Source: an uncultured cyanobacterium
GTDB taxonomy: Bacteria > Cyanobacteriota > Cyanobacteriia > Pseudanabaenales > Pseudanabaenaceae
Reading direction: 5' to 3'
NCBI GenBank assembly: GCA_963703315.1
Contig: OY969811.1
Coordinates: 4,256,001 to 4,320,000 of the forward strand
DNA length: 64,000 bases
Shown here: positions 59,693-64,000 of the stretch, piece by piece
How the letters are laid out: every line of letters begins with the position of its first letter
Position numbering within the stretch: position 1 is the stretch's first letter
Notes under the pieces: model-generated
Told to the model about the DNA's origin: nothing
The model's database searches: none
Seen by the model: only the letters and a program-made list of their open reading frames with translations
Translations under genes and position numbers: made by a program

Positions 59693-61486
59693 ATGTCTCT
59701 CCCCATCCGCAACGTCGCCATCATCGCCCACGTCGATCACGGCAAAACCACTCTAGTAGACGCACTCCTCAGACAGTCTGGCGCTTTTCGTGAAGGTGAA
59801 GCCCTTGTCGAATGCGTGATGGACTCCAACGACCTAGAGCGTGAACGCGGCATTACCATTCTTTCCAAAAATACTGCTGTTAAATACAAAGATACGCTGA
59901 TCAACATCGTTGATACCCCTGGACACGCTGACTTTGGCGGCGAAGTTGAGCGGGTACTTGGCATGGTCGAAGGCTGTTTGCTGATCGTCGATGCTAACGA
60001 AGGACCAATGCCCCAGACTCGCTTTGTGTTGAAAAAAGCGCTGGAAAAAGGCTTACGTCCTCTAGTCGTAATCAACAAAATCGATCGCGAATTTGCCGAT
60101 CCCCACGTTGCTGTTAGCAAAGTACTTGATCTGTTCCTCGAACTCGGCGCAGATGATGACCAGTGCGACTTCCCTTACCTATTTGCTTCGGGCATGGGCG
60201 GCTTTGCTAAAGAAAAATTAGAAGATCCTAATGTGGATATGCAGCCTCTATTTGAAGCAATCTTGCATCACGTCTCTCCACCCGTAGGCAATCCAGACAA
60301 GCCTTTGCAGTTGCAAGTTACTACCCTTGACTACTCCGAATATCTCGGTCGGATTGTGATCGGCAAAATCCACAACGGTACGATTACCTCTGGTCAGCAA
60401 GCGGCTCTGATCACTGAAGATGGCTCCATCGTCAAAGGTAAAATCACCAAACTCTTAGGGTTTGACGGTCTAAAACGGGTGGAGATGCAAACCTCATCCG
60501 CAGGTAACATCGTCGCTGTTTCAGGCTTTGCCACCGCCAACATCGGTGAAACGATTACCTGTCCTAATGAGCCTTTAGCTTTGCCAATGATTAAAGTGGA
60601 TGAACCCACTTTGCAGATGACCTTCTGCGTTAATGACTCGCCCTTTGTTGGTCAAGAAGGCAAATTAGTTACCACTCGTCAAGTACGCGATCGCCTATTG
60701 CGCGAACTTGAAACCAACGTAGCGCTGCGTGTTACCGAAGATCCTGAATCTCCCGATCGCTTTGCGGTAGCTGGACGCGGTGAACTGCATTTGGGCATCT
60801 TGATTGAAACCATGCGTCGTGAAGGCTATGAGTTCCAAGTCACGCAGCCTCAAGTTATTTACCGCGAAATCAACGGTCAAAAGTGCGAACCCTACGAGGC
60901 TCTTGTCCTTGATGTTCCTGAAGATGCCGTCGGTGGATGTATCGAGCGTCTTGGTCAACGTCGTGCCGAAATGATCGATATGCAAATGTCTAGCACTGGA
61001 CGCTCTCAGCTAGAGTTCGTCGTGCCTGCACGCGGCTTGATCGGCTTCCGTGGCGACTTCATGCGGGCAACTCGTGGTGCGGGCATCATGAACCACAGCT
61101 TCCTCGATTACCGTCCTACGGCTGGTGAAATTAGCGCCCGTCGTAATGGTGTTTTGATCTCCTTTGAAGAAGGTGTCGCCACTGAATTCTCCTTGAAGAA
61201 TGCTGAAGATCGCGGTGTGTTCTTTATTAAACCTGGTACGAAGGTTTATAAGGGCATGATCATTGGGGAAAACAACCGTCCTCAAGATATGGACTTGAAC
61301 GTATGTAAGAGCAAGCAGCTTACCAATATGCGGGCGGCTGGTGCTGATGACATCGTGCAGTTGCAAGCTCCGATCGAAATGAGCCTCGAACGGGCGCTTG
61401 AATACATTGGTCCTGATGAAATCCTTGAGGTTACGCCAGAATCGATTCGGTTACGCAAGATGACCAAGAAGTTTGCGAAGCGCTAA
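59693..61486 (+). CDS. typA: Translational GTPase TypA/BipA
   Basis: [45 protein letters not shown]. Confidence 0.98.
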   Translation: MSLPIRNVAIIAHVDHGKTTLVDALLRQSGAFREGEALVECVMDSNDLERERGITILSKNTAVKYKDTLINIVDTPGHADFGGEVERVLGMVEGCLLIVDANEGPMPQTRFVLKKALEKGLRPLVVINKIDREFADPHVAVSKVLDLFLELGADDDQCDFPYLFASGMGGFAKEKLEDPNVDMQPLFEAILHHVSPPVGNPDKPLQLQVTTLDYSEYLGRIVIGKIHNGTITSGQQAALITEDGSIVKGKITKLLGFDGLKRVEMQTSSAGNIVAVSGFATANIGETITCPNEPLALPMIKVDEPTLQMTFCVNDSPFVGQEGKLVTTRQVRDRLLRELETNVALRVTEDPESPDRFAVAGRGELHLGILIETMRREGYEFQVTQPQVIYREINGQKCEPYEALVLDVPEDAVGGCIERLGQRRAEMIDMQMSSTGRSQLEFVVPARGLIGFRGDFMRATRGAGIMNHSFLDYRPTAGEISARRNGVLISFEEGVATEFSLKNAEDRGVFFIKPGTKVYKGMIIGENNRPQDMDLNVCKSKQLTNMRAAGADDIVQLQAPIEMSLERALEYIGPDEILEVTPESIRLRKMTKKFAKR

Positions 61487-61490
61487 AATT

Positions 61491-61530
61491 TATCAATAAA
61501 AAAGGGCGCTAAGCGCCCTTTTTTATTGAT
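61491..61530 (+). terminator. Intrinsic terminator after typA
   Basis: atcaataaaaaagggcgc-taa-gcgcccttttttattgat. Confidence 0.75.
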
Positions 61531-61582
61531 CGGTATATTTGCTAGACTATTCTCACAAATTTAAGGTGGGGTTGTCATACTT

Positions 61583-61750
61583 ATGCATCAAGTTGTCCTC
61601 GAAATATCTGGCAATCGCAAAGTTCATGTTATCTCTGAACATGATACTAAGGAGGAGGCTTTGAATAAGTATGTCAAGCTGGTAGAAGCAAACAAAGGTT
61701 CGCCAATTACAGCTAATGGCAAATATACTATTCGCAAAAAGCCAGTCTAG
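61583..61750 (+). CDS. Small protein (55 aa) missing from the ORF track
   Basis: MHQVVLEISGNRKVHVISEHDTKEEALNKYVKLVEANKGSPITANGKYTIRKKPV*; ends 11 nt before the J-domain gene. Confidence 0.6.
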   Translation: MHQVVLEISGNRKVHVISEHDTKEEALNKYVKLVEANKGSPITANGKYTIRKKPV

Positions 61751-61761
61751 TTATTTTCTCT

Positions 61762-62433
61762 ATGCATATATCCGAATGCTATCGACTTTTAGGAATTCCC
61801 CGCAATGCGACTTTAGATGATATTAAAGTGGCTTATCGTCGTCTTGCGAGAAAATATCATCCTGATGTCAATCAAGATGATCCTACAGCAACGGATAAAT
61901 TTCGCCTTGTGCAAGAAGCTTATAAAATGCTCAAGGATGCTGATAAGGGAGATGTCGCCAAGGATGCATTTGTGAATAACTCAGGGCGATCGCCGTCTTC
62001 CACTTCAACGCCTACACCCCACCCTCCGAAAAAGCCGCCCCATCCTAAGTCACCGCCTCCTTCCCATCCCAAAATTAAAGTTGAGGTGAAGCAGGTTAAT
62101 AATCAAGTTGATCCCATTAATAGCAATCCTGAACTCAAGCTCAAATTAGATATGCTGCGGCGTGTGCAGGATTTGCTGAAACAGAAAAAGTATATCGTCG
62201 CGATCGCCGTTGTCGAAGGAATGAGCGAGAGATTTCCCAATACTCCAGAGGTAATCCATTGGCAAGCGGTGACTTACCATCGTTGGAGCAGCGAGTTGAT
62301 TTTGAATGGGAAATTACGCGAAGCAGAAATCTATCTCAATAAAGCTTTAAATACTGATCCGAAAAATCGCGAACTTATTTTTGAAGTGAAGCGCGATTTG
62401 GAACGAGTGCAACAACTCAAAAATAAGAGCTAA
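61762..62433 (+). CDS. DnaJ-domain protein with C-terminal TPR-like region
   Basis: AYRRLARKYHPD J-domain, Pro-rich linker, helical tail. Confidence 0.9.
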   Translation: MHISECYRLLGIPRNATLDDIKVAYRRLARKYHPDVNQDDPTATDKFRLVQEAYKMLKDADKGDVAKDAFVNNSGRSPSSTSTPTPHPPKKPPHPKSPPPSHPKIKVEVKQVNNQVDPINSNPELKLKLDMLRRVQDLLKQKKYIVAIAVVEGMSERFPNTPEVIHWQAVTYHRWSSELILNGKLREAEIYLNKALNTDPKNRELIFEVKRDLERVQQLKNKS

Positions 62434-62470
62434 TACCAAAGCTAAAAATGGCGTTGCCATTTTTAGCTTT

Positions 62471-62574
62471 TATAGCCATAGACAAGCAAGTTAAAATATA
62501 AAACCAAAAGAGAGTGGCGGCGCAAAGCGCCGCCACTCTCTTTTGGTTTTCTAACATAACTGACTATAGCTATA
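62471..62574. mobile_element. MITE-like element family B (opposite orientation to 11612-11726)
   Basis: TATAGCCATAG..CTATAGCTATA ends with central GAGAGTGGCGGCGC hairpin. Confidence 0.75.
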
Positions 62575-62655
62575 AAATCCTTACGGCGATCGCAGATGGG
62601 ATTAGCGTAGAATTATTTTAGGGGATTTGGTATTCAATTATCCTAAACAAAACCA

Positions 62656-64000
62656 ATGCTATTACAAAACAGCATTTATATTGACCTCGCTATTGATCGT
62701 TACCCGATCATGATTTCTCCAGAAATTTCAGTACTGGAAGCGATTAGGTTGATGAATCAATCAATTGACTCATCAGTACTTGAAACATCTGGCAATCGCA
62801 GCAGATTACTAGAAGCTAGAGCAAGCTGTGTCTTGATAGTTCAATCCAGAAAGCTGTTAGGAATCTTTACTAAATGGGATGTACTACATCTCGTTGAACA
62901 GAACGCTGATTTTCAAAAATTGCAAATTGCTGACGTAATCATCGATCCACCGATTGTAATTAGGCGATCGCAAGTGCAAGATTTGACATTCATGCTCAAC
63001 TTATTACAGCAATTTCGCTGTCGTCATCTGCCTATACTTGATGATTGCGATCAGATAATTGGCATAGTAACTCAAGAAAGTATTCTCTTTGCCGAAAGTC
63101 AACGCACTGAAGATACGTTAAATAACATTGAAGCCCAAAAAAAAGCAGTTTTAACAGCTATTCCAGACTTGATTTATCGGATTCATGCTAATGGTACTTA
63201 TTTAGAATGCTTTTCAAGCAACTATGTTGCTGATTTACTTCCATCTGATCTCGATATTATAGGTAAACATCTTTCGGAAGTTTTACCTAAGGATCTCGCA
63301 ATCAGAAAATTACACGCGATTAATCAGGCGATCGCTACTGGTGAGATTCAGTCCTTTGAGCAGAAATGTTATATCAATGGAAAAGTACAATATGAAGAAA
63401 TTCAGGTTGTCAAAGTAAATGATCAAGAAGCCTTAACGATAATTCGCAATATTAGCAGTCATAAAGAAGCACAGGAAGCTTTACGTGAATCAGAAATGCG
63501 GTTTAGAAGTGTATTTAATACGGCAGCAGTTGCAATTTCCTTAGCGGCTCCTGACGGCAGACATATTGCCGTCAATCAAGCTCTATGTCAAATGCTCGGA
63601 TATACAGAGGTCGAACTGCAAGAATTGACATTTCAAGCTATTACCCATCCTGATGATTTAGAACTTGATCTTTATCACTATCAAAAGCTCCTCAGAAATG
63701 AAATTAATAGTTTCCATATTGAGAAGCGATTTCGCCATAAAAATGGGCAATTTATTTGGGGACTGCTGAGTGTGTCATTAGTACGCGATTCTCAGGGACA
63801 ACCTCTTTACGATATTGCCTTAATTCAAAATATCAACGAACTAAAATTTGCTCAACAAGAACTATCTAGTCTTAATCAAGAACTAGAAATTAGAATTCAG
63901 CAAAGAACAGCCGCACTTGCTGAAAGTGAAACCCGTAAACAAGAAATACTCAATGCAATTCCTGACTTAGTATTGCGTCTGAAATTGGATGGAACTTGCC
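62656..64000 (+). CDS. CBS-PAS-PAS signal transduction protein (runs off the window)
   Basis: Open frame from ATG 62656: CBS pair (LLGIFT, HLPILD), AIPDLIYRI PAS, ITHPDD PAS, coiled coil. Confidence 0.85.
   Translation, partial: MLLQNSIYIDLAIDRYPIMISPEISVLEAIRLMNQSIDSSVLETSGNRSRLLEARASCVLIVQSRKLLGIFTKWDVLHLVEQNADFQKLQIADVIIDPPIVIRRSQVQDLTFMLNLLQQFRCRHLPILDDCDQIIGIVTQESILFAESQRTEDTLNNIEAQKKAVLTAIPDLIYRIHANGTYLECFSSNYVADLLPSDLDIIGKHLSEVLPKDLAIRKLHAINQAIATGEIQSFEQKCYINGKVQYEEIQVVKVNDQEALTIIRNISSHKEAQEALRESEMRFRSVFNTAAVAISLAAPDGRHIAVNQALCQMLGYTEVELQELTFQAITHPDDLELDLYHYQKLLRNEINSFHIEKRFRHKNGQFIWGLLSVSLVRDSQGQPLYDIALIQNINELKFAQQELSSLNQELEIRIQQRTAALAESETRKQEILNAIPDLVLRLKLDGTC

Overview
A cyanobacterial chromosome segment. 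The HIP1 octamer GCGATCGC is very abundant, and the gene content and repeat families suggest a Pseudanabaena-like filamentous strain (inference). The backbone is housekeeping: argS, tyrS, lpxA, lpxD, msbA-like, yggS/pipY-sepF-proC-purM, sbcD, dusA, purN, fabG, ycf35, rbp, rseP, typA and two tRNA-Thr genes. Three accessory/defence patches interrupt it. (1) A frameshifted PARIS-like ABC-ATPase + DUF4435 pair beside tRNA-Thr(GGT). (2) After tyrS, a NACHT-HEAT NLR-like gene whose C-terminal 28-aa G/N/Q-rich motif recurs at the N-terminus of the next small helical protein, followed by toxin-antitoxin modules. (3) After purM, a TA graveyard around a 140-aa Bell-like gene that a single in-frame TGA separates from a NACHT-TM gene lacking its own upstream start codon. 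The two NLR loci are the most interesting signals: candidate amyloid-type signalling with inverted topology, and a candidate stop-codon-readthrough effector/receptor gene. Intergenic regions contain nested MITE-like palindromic elements. All family assignments come from motif recognition, not database searches.
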